This document shows, piece after piece, positions 43,385-51,756 of a stretch of 64,000 nt of DNA (position 1 is its first letter; each line of letters opens with the position of its first letter). Source of the stretch: Elusimicrobia bacterium RIFOXYA2_FULL_39_19 (GTDB lineage Bacteria > Elusimicrobiota > Endomicrobiia > CG1-02-37-114 > XYA2-FULL-39-19); assembly GCA_001800285.1 (NCBI GenBank), contig MGVC01000014.1, forward strand, positions 1,756-65,755, written 5' to 3'. Under the pieces are notes generated by a model, which ran no database searches, was not told the origin of the DNA, and saw only the letters and a program-made list of their open reading frames with translations. Both the position numbers and the translations under genes were made by a program.

Positions 43385-43947
43385 CTTAATCCTGTAAATG
43401 ATTTTACCATATAATAAACATTGCTTTCTATGGCTGTTTGTATATCAAAACCTTCGTATGTGTATGAATTTGTCCAGACAACTTCTCTTGTTTTAGGGTC
43501 AACAATCCTTACATTTAACCCCACCATGGCATTTGTGACAACTATTTCCGCATTTTCACCCATACCATATGCCTTGCCTACAGAATAACCATTGACACCG
43601 GTTACTTCCGTAGGAGATACTACTATAGTTTTATCTGCTGATTTTGGTTTGTAAAATAAATACTTTTTCTCCGGAATATACTGATTTACAGAACCCTCAA
43701 CAACAACATCTCCTTCGGTATCAGACCATTTCACGTTATAACCTGCGCTCAACAACTGGCGTGCAAACTCATTCCTTACAGTTTCGCCTGATGCATTGCT
43801 TGAATCCGAAGGTGAAAACTTTCCTATGCCTATGGTAGATATTTTGCCAAAATCATATCCCGGCTTAACAACAGCACGCTTCGTGCTCACGCAGGAAGTT
43901 AATAATAATAATACAACAAGAAATAGCGCGATTTGCCTGTTTTTCAT
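43381..43947 (-). CDS. Lipoprotein of unknown function.
   Basis: Lipobox-like LLLTSCVS follows a signal peptide. The start overlaps the downstream gene by 4 nt (ATGA). Confidence 0.5.
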   Translation of the reverse strand: MKNRQIALFLVVLLLLTSCVSTKRAVVKPGYDFGKISTIGIGKFSPSDSSNASGETVRNEFARQLLSAGYNVKWSDTEGDVVVEGSVNQYIPEKKYLFYKPKSADKTIVVSPTEVTGVNGYSVGKAYGMGENAEIVVTNAMVGLNVRIVDPKTREVVWTNSYTYEGFDIQTAIESNVYYMVKSFTGLR

Positions 43948-43951
43948 ATTT

Positions 43952-44362
43952 TTATTTTTTAAGCTGGCGAATATGTTTCTGAGCCAGAGTTTTTAATTTA
44001 TTATTGTTCGACAGGGAGATTACTTTTTCCCACTGATCAATTGCATCTTCCGGACGTTTCTGTTTTTCATAAAGCATAGCCAGGCTATATCTGACCATAA
44101 GGGAATCGGCATTTTCTTTAAGCGCTTCATTTAACACAGTCTCTGCTTCGGCATACTTTGAAGTTTGCAGGTAAATAACCGCCTGCAGTATTTTTTTATC
44201 CGTTGTATCGGGCAGTGCATTAAGAAGGGACATTGCCTCTTCGTATTTTTCTTCGTTTATTAGAATACTTACCTTTTCATATTGTTCCTGTGCACAGATT
44301 TGCAAGACAGGAAAAAAAATTGTTGTCATAGCGAAAATAGAAAAAATTAATATCTTTTTCAT
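43952..44362 (-). CDS. Small secreted TPR-repeat protein.
   Basis: Signal peptide plus ~3 TPR-like helix pairs. A 4-nt overlap with rpiB upstream. Confidence 0.5.
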   Translation of the reverse strand: MKKILIFSIFAMTTIFFPVLQICAQEQYEKVSILINEEKYEEAMSLLNALPDTTDKKILQAVIYLQTSKYAEAETVLNEALKENADSLMVRYSLAMLYEKQKRPEDAIDQWEKVISLSNNNKLKTLAQKHIRQLKK

Positions 44363-44817
44363 TTACACCTCATTTTATTCTTTTCATCAAGATTGTTCAT
44401 CTTATCAACTCTTTTGGTATGCCTGCCGCCCTCAAAAGGAGTGGACAGCCAGATTTTTATCCAGTTGTTGATTTGGTTGGTAGAAAAGAATCTTGTACCT
44501 ACGCATAAAACATTTGCGTTATTATGTTTTGAAGCCAGGGATGCTGTTTCATCGTTATAACACAATGCCGCTCTGATTCCCTGGATTTTGTTTGCAGTAA
44601 TACTCATACCTATTCCTGAACCGCAGGCCAATATACCCTTATCACAATTACCCTGAGCTACCTGTTTAGCCACCTCTTCTGCATAATCCGGATAATCACA
44701 GCTTTCAGTGCTGAAACATCCGCAATCTATAACTTTATGGCCTTCTGATTTCAGGAATTCAAGTATTTTCTCTTTTTCAGAAAAAGCTGCGTGGTCACAG
44801 CCAAACGCTACTATCAT
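44359..44817 (-). CDS. rpiB: Ribose-5-phosphate isomerase B (RpiB/LacAB family).
   Basis: MIVAFGCDHAAFSEKEKILEFLKSEGHKVIDCG..ACGSGIGMSITANK.. is the RpiB signature. Confidence 0.8.
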   Translation of the reverse strand: MIVAFGCDHAAFSEKEKILEFLKSEGHKVIDCGCFSTESCDYPDYAEEVAKQVAQGNCDKGILACGSGIGMSITANKIQGIRAALCYNDETASLASKHNNANVLCVGTRFFSTNQINNWIKIWLSTPFEGGRHTKRVDKMNNLDEKNKMRCK

Positions 44818-44835
44818 ACAAACTCCATAAATATG

Positions 44836-45861
44836 CTACTTATTAGGTTCGATAATTACTTTTATTGAATCTTTTGCTTCGGCAGTAAGCTTAAAACCAA
44901 GTCCTATTTCCGCCATGGGCAGTTTATGCGTTATCATTTTATTTAAAGGCATTTTTTTTGAACGTATATATGTGATAGCCGACTGTATGTCATTTGGTGC
45001 GCCACCATAAGAGAACAACATCTTTATCCCATTTCTCCAATGATCGTTAATTGGCAGGGCAACGGGTTCACCTTTTGAATTTGGCGCAAAAAATAAAATT
45101 GTTCCGCCTTTATCAATACACTCAAAAGCCTGAGCAAAAGCTATGGGGGCTCCTGTAGAAACTATTATATAATCCGCTTTTCTACCGTCATTTGCTTTAA
45201 GAACAGCTTCAAGCACGTTATCTTTTGAATTTATAGAAACATCCGCACCCATTTCTTTTGCGGCATTTAAACGGTATTCACTGATATCTGTTGCAATGAT
45301 TTTTCCCATACCTATAACCCTGGCCAGTGCAATATGTAGCAATCCAGCCATGCCGCTGCCAAGCACAAGCAATGTTTTCCCAGGTTTAAAACCTGCTGTT
45401 CTCTGGCCGCGGACTATGCAGGCAAGAGGCTCTATAAACACACCGTCATCAAAGCTCATGTCTTCAGGCAGCACTTCAATGCCTCTATCAACATTAATTT
45501 CCGGCACACGCAGATATTCCGCAAAACCACCTGGATAAAAATTTGTTTTCTGAAGTGTTTCACAGGCAGTATGTTCGCCGTTAAGGCAGTAAAGGCAGAT
45601 ATTGCATGGAACATGATGGGAAACAAATACCCTGTCACCAACTTTATATTTTTTTACTTCTGTGCCGGTTTTCACTATCTCGCCGGTTATTTCATGTCCC
45701 AAAACCAGAGGAGCTTTTTTTATTCTGTACCATTCAAGCACGTCGCTGCCACAGATACCGCTGGCAATTACTTTTACCAGCACTTCTTTGGGGCTGATTT
45801 CCGGCACGGGCATTTCCTGCACCCGCACATCGCTGTTGTTGTACCACATGGCAACGCGCAT
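44836..45861 (-). CDS. Zinc-dependent medium-chain alcohol dehydrogenase (threonine/sorbitol dehydrogenase-like).
   Basis: The catalytic-zinc motif GHEITGEIV, the structural-zinc Cys cluster (C..C..C......C) and the Rossmann motif GSGMAGL are present. Confidence 0.8.
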   Translation of the reverse strand: MRVAMWYNNSDVRVQEMPVPEISPKEVLVKVIASGICGSDVLEWYRIKKAPLVLGHEITGEIVKTGTEVKKYKVGDRVFVSHHVPCNICLYCLNGEHTACETLQKTNFYPGGFAEYLRVPEINVDRGIEVLPEDMSFDDGVFIEPLACIVRGQRTAGFKPGKTLLVLGSGMAGLLHIALARVIGMGKIIATDISEYRLNAAKEMGADVSINSKDNVLEAVLKANDGRKADYIIVSTGAPIAFAQAFECIDKGGTILFFAPNSKGEPVALPINDHWRNGIKMLFSYGGAPNDIQSAITYIRSKKMPLNKMITHKLPMAEIGLGFKLTAEAKDSIKVIIEPNK

Positions 45862-45882
45862 TTTTTTACCTTGTACTAAAAA

Positions 45883-46665
45883 CTATTTTTTCTTCAGAGA
45901 ATTAAAAAGGTTAAACGCTTCTTCAACCGATGCTTTTTTATGTACCACAGCCCTGACAGCCTGAATCATGGCCACAGGATAATCTGACTGGAATATATTT
46001 CTTCCCATATCTACGCCGACAGCGCCGTTTGATATGGCATTATGCGCAAGTTTAAGGGCTTCTTTTTCTTCAAGTTTTTTGCCGCCGGCAATAACTACAG
46101 GCACAGGGCAGGTTTCTACTACTTTTTCAAATTCATCGCAGTAGTAGGTTTTTACAATGTGTGCCCCAAGCTCTGCGCAGATTCTGCAGGCTAAGCTTAA
46201 ATACCTGGCGTCACGCACCATATCTTTGCCTACAGCCGTTACTGCTAAAACTGGAATACCGTATCTTTGGCCGGCATCTACAAGTTTGCCTAAATTTATA
46301 AGAGTTTCTTTTTCGTTTGGAGAACCTACAAATACCTGCAGGGCTACACCGCAGACATTCAGCCGAATGGCATCTTCCATGGCTACTGTAAGGCTTTCGT
46401 TGGAAAGTTCGCTTAAAATACTTGTGCCTCCGGAAACTCTTAAAACTATGGGTACAGGGGTTTCAGGATTTACGCTTGAACGCAACACGCCTCTTGTAAG
46501 CATAAGTGTATCTGCGTACGGCAATAAAGGTTCTATGGTTTTCCCCGGTACTTCAAGGCCGGACGTAGGCCCCAGAAAATAGCCGTGGTCAACGGCAAGC
46601 ATAACTGTTTTACCTGTATCCGGTTTTATTATTCTAGCTAATCTGTTTTTTAATCCCCAATCCAT
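45883..46665 (-). CDS. Class I aldolase of the DhnA/FbaB (DeoC/LacD-like) family.
   Basis: ..[21 protein letters not shown].. and a TIM-barrel-like pattern typical of DhnA-type fructose-bisphosphate aldolase. Confidence 0.65.
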   Translation of the reverse strand: MDWGLKNRLARIIKPDTGKTVMLAVDHGYFLGPTSGLEVPGKTIEPLLPYADTLMLTRGVLRSSVNPETPVPIVLRVSGGTSILSELSNESLTVAMEDAIRLNVCGVALQVFVGSPNEKETLINLGKLVDAGQRYGIPVLAVTAVGKDMVRDARYLSLACRICAELGAHIVKTYYCDEFEKVVETCPVPVVIAGGKKLEEKEALKLAHNAISNGAVGVDMGRNIFQSDYPVAMIQAVRAVVHKKASVEEAFNLFNSLKKK

Positions 46666-46712
46666 ACTGAAAATCCTCCGGTTGTAATCGATAGAAATTA
46701 TTTATAATTCCG

Positions 46713-46740
46713 TTGCAAACCCGAAGGTTTGCAATTTTTA
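46713..46740. other. Perfect 9-bp stem-loop (ttgcaaacc-cgaa-ggtttgcaa) with a T-run on the plus side, between pduL and the aldolase gene. It may be a terminator/attenuator-like element.
   Basis: Seen directly. The loop reads UUCG in minus-sense. The T-tract is on the plus side only, so it is not a classical terminator for the minus-strand genes. Confidence 0.3.
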
Positions 46741-46753
46741 TAATATTTTTTAT

Positions 46754-47341
46754 TTACAGTATTACTATTTTATCGCCGTTTTTGAGCAAACAGGCATTTG
46801 CTTCATCTGTATCCAGGTGGCATTCTGCTGCAAAATCGCTTTTTACCCTGCATATTACATCACCGAATATTGTTTCTCTACCGGTGCCAATACCTACTTT
46901 AATCTGTACAACTTCAGTATCTTTTATACCAAGTTCCTGCGCATCTGCCGGAGCAAGATGAACGTGTCTTTTTGCTATAACACAACCTTCTTTAAGGTCA
47001 ACTTTTCCTTTTGGACCTATTAGAGTTATCGGTGTTGAGGCTTCAAGTTTACCAGATTCCCGTACCGGCGGGTTTACGCCAAGGAAGAAACTGTCTGTTT
47101 TTGATACTTCTACCTGAGTCTGTTTTCTGGTAGGGCCGATTATCCTTACGTTTTCAATTTTATTTTTTGGGGTGACTATTGTTACTGTTTCTTTGCATGC
47201 ATACTGGCCGGGCTGAACAAGGTCTCTAATATTGGTGAGTTTTGATCCTGCTCCGAAAAGTATTTGCAAATCTTCTTCTGATACGTGGAGATGCCTGTTT
47301 GATATGTTTGCCATTATTGGTTTTTTTGATCTGTCTGTCAT
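46754..47341 (-). CDS. pduL: Phosphate propanoyltransferase / phosphotransacylase PduL family.
   Basis: Two internal repeats with ..ISNRHLHVSEEDLQILFG.. and ..IAKRHVHLAPADAQELG.. motifs characteristic of PduL. Size is ~195 aa. Confidence 0.65.
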   Translation of the reverse strand: MTDRSKKPIMANISNRHLHVSEEDLQILFGAGSKLTNIRDLVQPGQYACKETVTIVTPKNKIENVRIIGPTRKQTQVEVSKTDSFFLGVNPPVRESGKLEASTPITLIGPKGKVDLKEGCVIAKRHVHLAPADAQELGIKDTEVVQIKVGIGTGRETIFGDVICRVKSDFAAECHLDTDEANACLLKNGDKIVIL

Positions 47342-47347
47342 TTTAGT

Positions 47348-48103
47348 TTACCTCTGGAATTTTATAAGTTTAGTATATGAATCTACTTCTAACGCTGCTC
47401 CACCCACTAACCCACCATCAATATCCGGTTGTTTCATGAGTTCTGATACATTATCCGGTTTAACTGACCCGCCATAAAGAATTCTTACTTTTGCGGCAGC
47501 ATCTTTCCCGTACATTTCTGTAAATGTTTTTCTTACAAATTCATGAACTTCCTGTGCCTGTGCCGGACTGGCTGTTTTGCCTGTTCCTATGGCCCATACC
47601 GGTTCATAAGCAATAACTACTTCTGAGCTTTGATTTCCTGTAAGACCTGCAAGGCCTTCTTTCACCTGTTTGCCGACCACATCAAATGTGATGTTTTTTT
47701 CTCTTTCGGCAAGAGTTTCACCTATGCAGACTATCGGAACAAGGCCGTGTTTAAAAGCGGACAGCATTTTCTTATTCACTGTTTCGTTAGTTTCACCGAA
47801 ATACTGCCTTCTTTCAGAATGCCCAATGATAACATATTTGCATCCTGCGTCCAGAAGCATTTTAGGAGAAATCTCACCTGTAAATGCCCCCTTCTCTTCC
47901 CAGTGCATGTTTTGCGCACCTATACAGACATTGGTACCTTTTGCAGCATCTGCAACTGATTTTAATGCTGTAAAAACCGGACAAACTACAATTTCACAAT
48001 CTTTTACATCTGAAACATTACTTTTAACTTTTGAAACAAAATCTACAGATTCGGCAATGGTTTTGTGCATTTTCCAGTTGCCGGCCATAATTGGTTTTCT
48101 CAT
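47348..48103 (-). CDS. tpiA: Triosephosphate isomerase.
   Basis: ..MAGNWKMH.., ..IIGHSERR.. and ..YEPVWAIGTG.. are present. Start taken at the internal ATG at 48103, which has an AAGGAGAG Shine-Dalgarno 8 nt upstream. The track's longer ORF adds 22 hydrophobic residues. Confidence 0.85.
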   Translation of the reverse strand: MRKPIMAGNWKMHKTIAESVDFVSKVKSNVSDVKDCEIVVCPVFTALKSVADAAKGTNVCIGAQNMHWEEKGAFTGEISPKMLLDAGCKYVIIGHSERRQYFGETNETVNKKMLSAFKHGLVPIVCIGETLAEREKNITFDVVGKQVKEGLAGLTGNQSSEVVIAYEPVWAIGTGKTASPAQAQEVHEFVRKTFTEMYGKDAAAKVRILYGGSVKPDNVSELMKQPDIDGGLVGGAALEVDSYTKLIKFQR

Positions 48104-48514
48104 TTGAAAACTCTCCTTTCTTATTATTTTTAGCCTAATCATTATAATAAATATAAACATTAAATTCAAACACAGTTCTATTAAATATTTAAAATATTTA
48201 ACAAGTGGTTTTTTAAGAAAAATAGGTGGGTTGACAGTTTGTATAGCCTTTTTTTGTTAAAAAAATTGAAAAATGAAAGATTAAACGTTTGATTGTGTGT
48301 ATTTTGGATGGTTTTGGATCTACATTAAAACTAAGTGGTAGGCAAGTTTACTAGTACTATCTCATATTTAGCGACTTGTTTCTTTTGAGACATGTTTTCA
48401 ATACGGCGAATAGCCGTAATTATCAATAATTTGATTATTGAGGCGGCTTAGTTCCGTCGAATTATATTTTTGATGCAGCGGATAGCTGCGGTTATCAAAA
48501 ATATGTCAATGAGA

Positions 48515-48601
48515 CGGAGAGGGCGAGATTCGAACTCGCGCTCCGGAAAACCGAAGACTGGTTTTCGAGACCAGCGGTTTCAACCGCTCACCCACCTCTC
48601 C
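48515..48601 (-). tRNA. tRNA-Ser (anticodon CGA), class II with a long variable arm, 87 nt, no encoded CCA.
   Basis: Hand-folded. Acceptor GGAGAGG/CCTCTCC. Anticodon stem CTGGT/ACCAG with loop CTCGAAA. Variable arm CTTCGG-tttt-CCGGAG. T-arm GCGAG-TTCGAAT-CTCGC. Discriminator G. Near-identical in layout to E. coli serU. Confidence 0.85.
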
Positions 48602-48689
48602 ATTACACTTCTTTTCTTTCCGAGTTGTGTTCGGGAACCGCCCCCGATGCTTCCAAATGACTGCTGATTATCGGGGCTCCTTTCAGTCG

Positions 48690-48703
48690 TCACCCACCTC
48701 TCC
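48690..48703. repeat. 14-nt exact duplicate of the tRNA-Ser 5' end (tcacccacctctcc). It lies ~100 nt upstream of the tRNA in the tRNA's orientation.
   Basis: Exact match to 48588-48601. The intervening segment contains an 8-bp hairpin, gccccgat..atcggggc. Confidence 0.6.
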
Positions 48704-48790
48704 TTGATTTTGCTCTGCAAAATATAAGCAATCGAAAATAAATCTTAGAGATTCGATTACGGTCTATTTTCTAATTTCAAATATTTAGGG

Positions 48791-49255
48791 TTATCTTTTG
48801 TATCTTTTTACCAAACTATCCCTGCGAACTTCACGTTCTATGTCACGCTCTTTCAACATTTCTCTTTTATCAGGACCTTTTTTTCTGGTAGAAAGCGCTA
48901 TTTCTAGTTTTGCTATGCCATCATTGTTAAAATATAACTCAACCGGTATCAAGGTAAAACCCCGCTGACTGGTTTTTCCCAGTAATTTATTAATTTCCGT
49001 ACGATGCATAAGAAGTTTTCTTTTTCTTTTTGGGTCAAATTTGAAATGCCCTGAATATTCATAGGGAGCAATATGCATATTATATACAAACAATTCGCTT
49101 CTTTCTACCATACAGTAACTGTCCTGCAGATTGGCCCCGCCGTTACGGACAGACTTCACCTCGCTACCGTTAAGGACAAGCCCCGCTTCGTATTTTTCAA
49201 TCATATTATAATCATGAAAAAACTTTCTGTTTGTAACAATAGTTTTTTTATCCAT
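48791..49255 (-). CDS. smpB: SsrA-binding protein SmpB.
   Basis: 154 aa. ..IVTNRKFFHDYNMIEKYEAGLVLNGSEVKS..GFTLIPVELYF.. is the SmpB signature. Confidence 0.85.
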   Translation of the reverse strand: MDKKTIVTNRKFFHDYNMIEKYEAGLVLNGSEVKSVRNGGANLQDSYCMVERSELFVYNMHIAPYEYSGHFKFDPKRKRKLLMHRTEINKLLGKTSQRGFTLIPVELYFNNDGIAKLEIALSTRKKGPDKREMLKERDIEREVRRDSLVKRYKR

Positions 49256-49272
49256 AGATTGATGCTTTCAAT

Positions 49273-49301
49273 TGACTTTCCGTGTTAATTTTTATAAGAT
49301 T
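49273..49301 (+). promoter_or_regulatory. Candidate sigma70 promoter for tRNA-Leu: TTGACT, then TATAAG or TAAGAT.
   Basis: The -35 is at 49273-49278. A -10-like hexamer follows 15-17 nt downstream. This leaves a ~35-nt leader before the tRNA. Confidence 0.35.
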
Positions 49302-49341
49302 TGTATTCTAATTTTGTTTATCTCACCAACAACTGCTTTAT

Positions 49342-49424
49342 GGGCGCGTGGCGGAATGGCAGACGCGTTAGGTTCAGGACCTAATAATCTCACGATTGTG
49401 GAGGTTCAACTCCTCTCGCGCCCA
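49342..49424 (+). tRNA. tRNA-Leu (anticodon CAG), class II, 83 nt.
   Basis: Acceptor GGGCGCG/CGCGCCC. D-arm GTGGCGGAATGGCAGACGCG as in bacterial tRNA-Leu. Anticodon stem TTAGG/CCTAA with loop TTCAGGA. Long variable arm. T-arm GGAGG-TTCAACT-CCTCT. Discriminator A. Confidence 0.8.
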
Positions 49425-49494
49425 GTTTCTTACCTGATATTATAGCAAAAACCCAAACCGATAAGAATAATTCTCTAATTTTTCGTAGGATGTC

Positions 49495-49857
49495 TCATTT
49501 GGAAAGCTGGTACAGCAGGTTTTTCATGTAGTCAAAATTGAATGGTTTTAATAGGCAATCTGTAGCACCATACCTGAAAGCCTCTATTACTTTTTCTGCT
49601 TCTTTATAACCTGTTATCATTATTACCGGCAGATTTTTATTAATTTGCTTTATTTCCTTTAAAACATCAATACCATCTTTGTCCGGAAGCCTTATATCAA
49701 GAAATACTATATTTGGTTCAAAAACCACAACCTGTTTTAGGCCTTCTGTAGCATTAGTTATCTGAACACTTTCATATCCGAGGCTCTTAAAAAACACATT
49801 TAGCATTTCCTGAACTTCCAAATCATCGTCAATTATAAGTATTTTCATTAAAAACAC
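49495..49857 (-). CDS. Single-domain response regulator (CheY-like receiver).
   Basis: 120 aa. Acidic pocket DD, phospho-acceptor D in ..VFLDIRLPDKDG.., and a conserved K near ..LLKPF.. are present. Confidence 0.75.
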   Translation of the reverse strand: MFLMKILIIDDDLEVQEMLNVFFKSLGYESVQITNATEGLKQVVVFEPNIVFLDIRLPDKDGIDVLKEIKQINKNLPVIMITGYKEAEKVIEAFRYGATDCLLKPFNFDYMKNLLYQLSK

Positions 49858-49915
49858 TCCTTGCTTAAAGCTGTTTTCTGAATAATCTTAACATTTTAAT
49901 GGTTAAAATTCAAGG

Positions 49916-50830
49916 TTAACGGAAATTAAATATTTTCTTCCACAAAGGCTTGCTTATTTCGTTCATTACTGTTACTTTTGTATTAGGTTTTAGTTTCACA
50001 ATACCGGCAATTCCAGAAGAGATACAAAGCCTGACATATATTTCCTTATTTTTATACTCAGTTTTTTCTATTTTTACTGGTATGTATTCAGAATCCTTAT
50101 CCGTAATCAGCCTTGCGAGGTATTTTGCTATCTCCCGGTCATCCGTTATCTGGGCCATAACCACTTCATCTTCAAGCAGGTGTTTTGCTTTTTTACCGTC
50201 TTCGTTTTCCTGTAAAGTTGACTCTATGAATAAGCGCCTCGGTTCTTTTTCCGAAGATATTTTTCGAATTTCACTTTTTGATTCCACTTCCTGTTTGTCA
50301 TCCACCTGCTGATACTGGGCCAAGTTTATTTCTTCAATACTTATTTCAAGGCTGATATTTTTAATTGTTAAATCTGATGTTAAAATGTCGCATATTTTAT
50401 TTTTATCTAAATCGGTCAAGGCCTTGTAAAACTTATCTTTTTTTTCAGCAAATCCGTTAACAAGACGCAACTCTGTTTCTCTTGTTAACCCCGGCACGCT
50501 GCCTTCCATCAAGCGAAAATTAAATATATTTTTTTCAAATAAGTTCCAGTCACTGTTTAAATCTACTTCATAAATTATTGGATTGTAGGACACTACACCG
50601 GTTAATCTAATTAGTATTTCAGCACGTTTATCAAGAATAGCTACAAATAACCCATAAATATTATCATCAGGGGAAAAGAACCTTCCTTTTATGACAACTA
50701 TATTTCTTAAAATTCCTTTTATTATATGAATTGCTTTTTCAAAATCGTCATTAGCCAATTCAAGAGCCAGTTGGGCTTCACCTTGAGCACAACCTGTTTC
50801 TTCCATCAATAAAATAAGTTTTTCTTCCAT
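49916..50830 (-). CDS. Hypothetical protein with an N-terminal UBA-like helical region.
   Basis: 304-aa ORF. No family is confidently recognised. Confidence 0.45.
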   Translation of the reverse strand: MEEKLILLMEETGCAQGEAQLALELANDDFEKAIHIIKGILRNIVVIKGRFFSPDDNIYGLFVAILDKRAEILIRLTGVVSYNPIIYEVDLNSDWNLFEKNIFNFRLMEGSVPGLTRETELRLVNGFAEKKDKFYKALTDLDKNKICDILTSDLTIKNISLEISIEEINLAQYQQVDDKQEVESKSEIRKISSEKEPRRLFIESTLQENEDGKKAKHLLEDEVVMAQITDDREIAKYLARLITDKDSEYIPVKIEKTEYKNKEIYVRLCISSGIAGIVKLKPNTKVTVMNEISKPLWKKIFNFR

Positions 50831-50859
50831 AGCTTTGTATTTAGAGTAAATGGCCTTTA

Positions 50860-51756
50860 TTAAGTGCGCGGATGCGCTTTTTCATATACTTTTTTTAGTC
50901 TTTCTGTTGTTACGTGAGTATAAATTTGAGTTGTTGCCAGATTTTTGTGGCCCAGCATTTCCTGTACGCTTCTTAAGTCACAACCTGCATCAAGCATGTG
51001 CGTTGCAAAAGTATGGCGTATTACATGAGGTGAAATGTGTTTATTTAGTGATACTTTTTGAACCCATTTATCCAGTATTTTTCTTACAAATCTATCTGAA
51101 ATGCGTGTTCCTTTATAATTCAAAAATAGTGCGTTTTCTTGTTTGCCTGGAACCATTTTCTTTCTTCCATCAATATATTTATACAAAACTTTCAACGCAG
51201 TATCTCCTACCGGCACAATCCTTTCCTTATTTCCTTTGCCAATAACTCTTACTGTATTGCTAAAAAAATCTATACTATCAAAATTCAATGATACCAACTC
51301 ACTAATTCTTAATCCGCAGGAATACAACAATTCCAGCATTGACTGGTCCCTAAGACCAAATTCAGAAGAGTTTTTTTCTAAATCAAGTAATTTCCCCATT
51401 TCTTCTTTGCTAAGAAACATAGGGAGTGTTTTTTTTACTTTGGGCGAGGTGACATATTTTGAAATATTCTTTAGAGTTATTCCTTCTTGAATGAGGAATT
51501 TCGAAAATGATTTTATAGAATATATTTTTCTTGATACTGTTGTAGAATGCAGGTTTTTATCAGCTAAATAAGCAAGATAAGCTCGTATGATTAATCTGGC
51601 ATTTTTCTCCAGATTAGCATCGGTTCCGAATTTATTTGTTATAAACAACGAAAACTCAACCAGGTCGTGCTGATAGGCATGTATTGTATGAAGGGAAAAA
51701 CTTCTTTGCCTTAAAGCTAATATAAATTTTTTTATCAGGATGCTTAAATCATCCAT
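50860..51756 (-). CDS. Tyrosine site-specific recombinase XerC/XerD family.
   Basis: The C-terminal catalytic motifs ..RHTFATHMLDAGCDLRSVQEMLGHKNLATTQIYTHV (R..H-R-Y) are present. Start taken at M30 (51756) so the gene does not overlap topA. Confidence 0.8.
   Translation of the reverse strand: MDDLSILIKKFILALRQRSFSLHTIHAYQHDLVEFSLFITNKFGTDANLEKNARLIIRAYLAYLADKNLHSTTVSRKIYSIKSFSKFLIQEGITLKNISKYVTSPKVKKTLPMFLSKEEMGKLLDLEKNSSEFGLRDQSMLELLYSCGLRISELVSLNFDSIDFFSNTVRVIGKGNKERIVPVGDTALKVLYKYIDGRKKMVPGKQENALFLNYKGTRISDRFVRKILDKWVQKVSLNKHISPHVIRHTFATHMLDAGCDLRSVQEMLGHKNLATTQIYTHVTTERLKKVYEKAHPRT

Noticed and set aside
46713-46740. Intrinsic terminator for the pduL transcript.
   Set aside because: The perfect 9-bp UUCG-looped hairpin has its U-tract on the wrong side for minus-strand transcription. 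The T-run follows it only on the plus strand. It is kept only as a generic stem-loop.
47348-48169. Long form of tpiA starting at 48169 with a 22-aa hydrophobic N-terminal extension.
   Set aside because: The internal ATG at 48103 is preceded by an AAGGAGAG Shine-Dalgarno and yields the conserved M-R-K-P-I-M-A-G-N-W-K start. The upstream extension is probably untranslated.
48602-48703. Small SRP (4.5S) RNA or tmRNA between tRNA-Ser and smpB.
   Set aside because: The region contains GGAAGCA inside a hairpin, but it lacks the conserved GGAAGGAAGCAGC domain-IV pattern. It is far too short for tmRNA (~350 nt). No tRNA-Ala-like ends are present.
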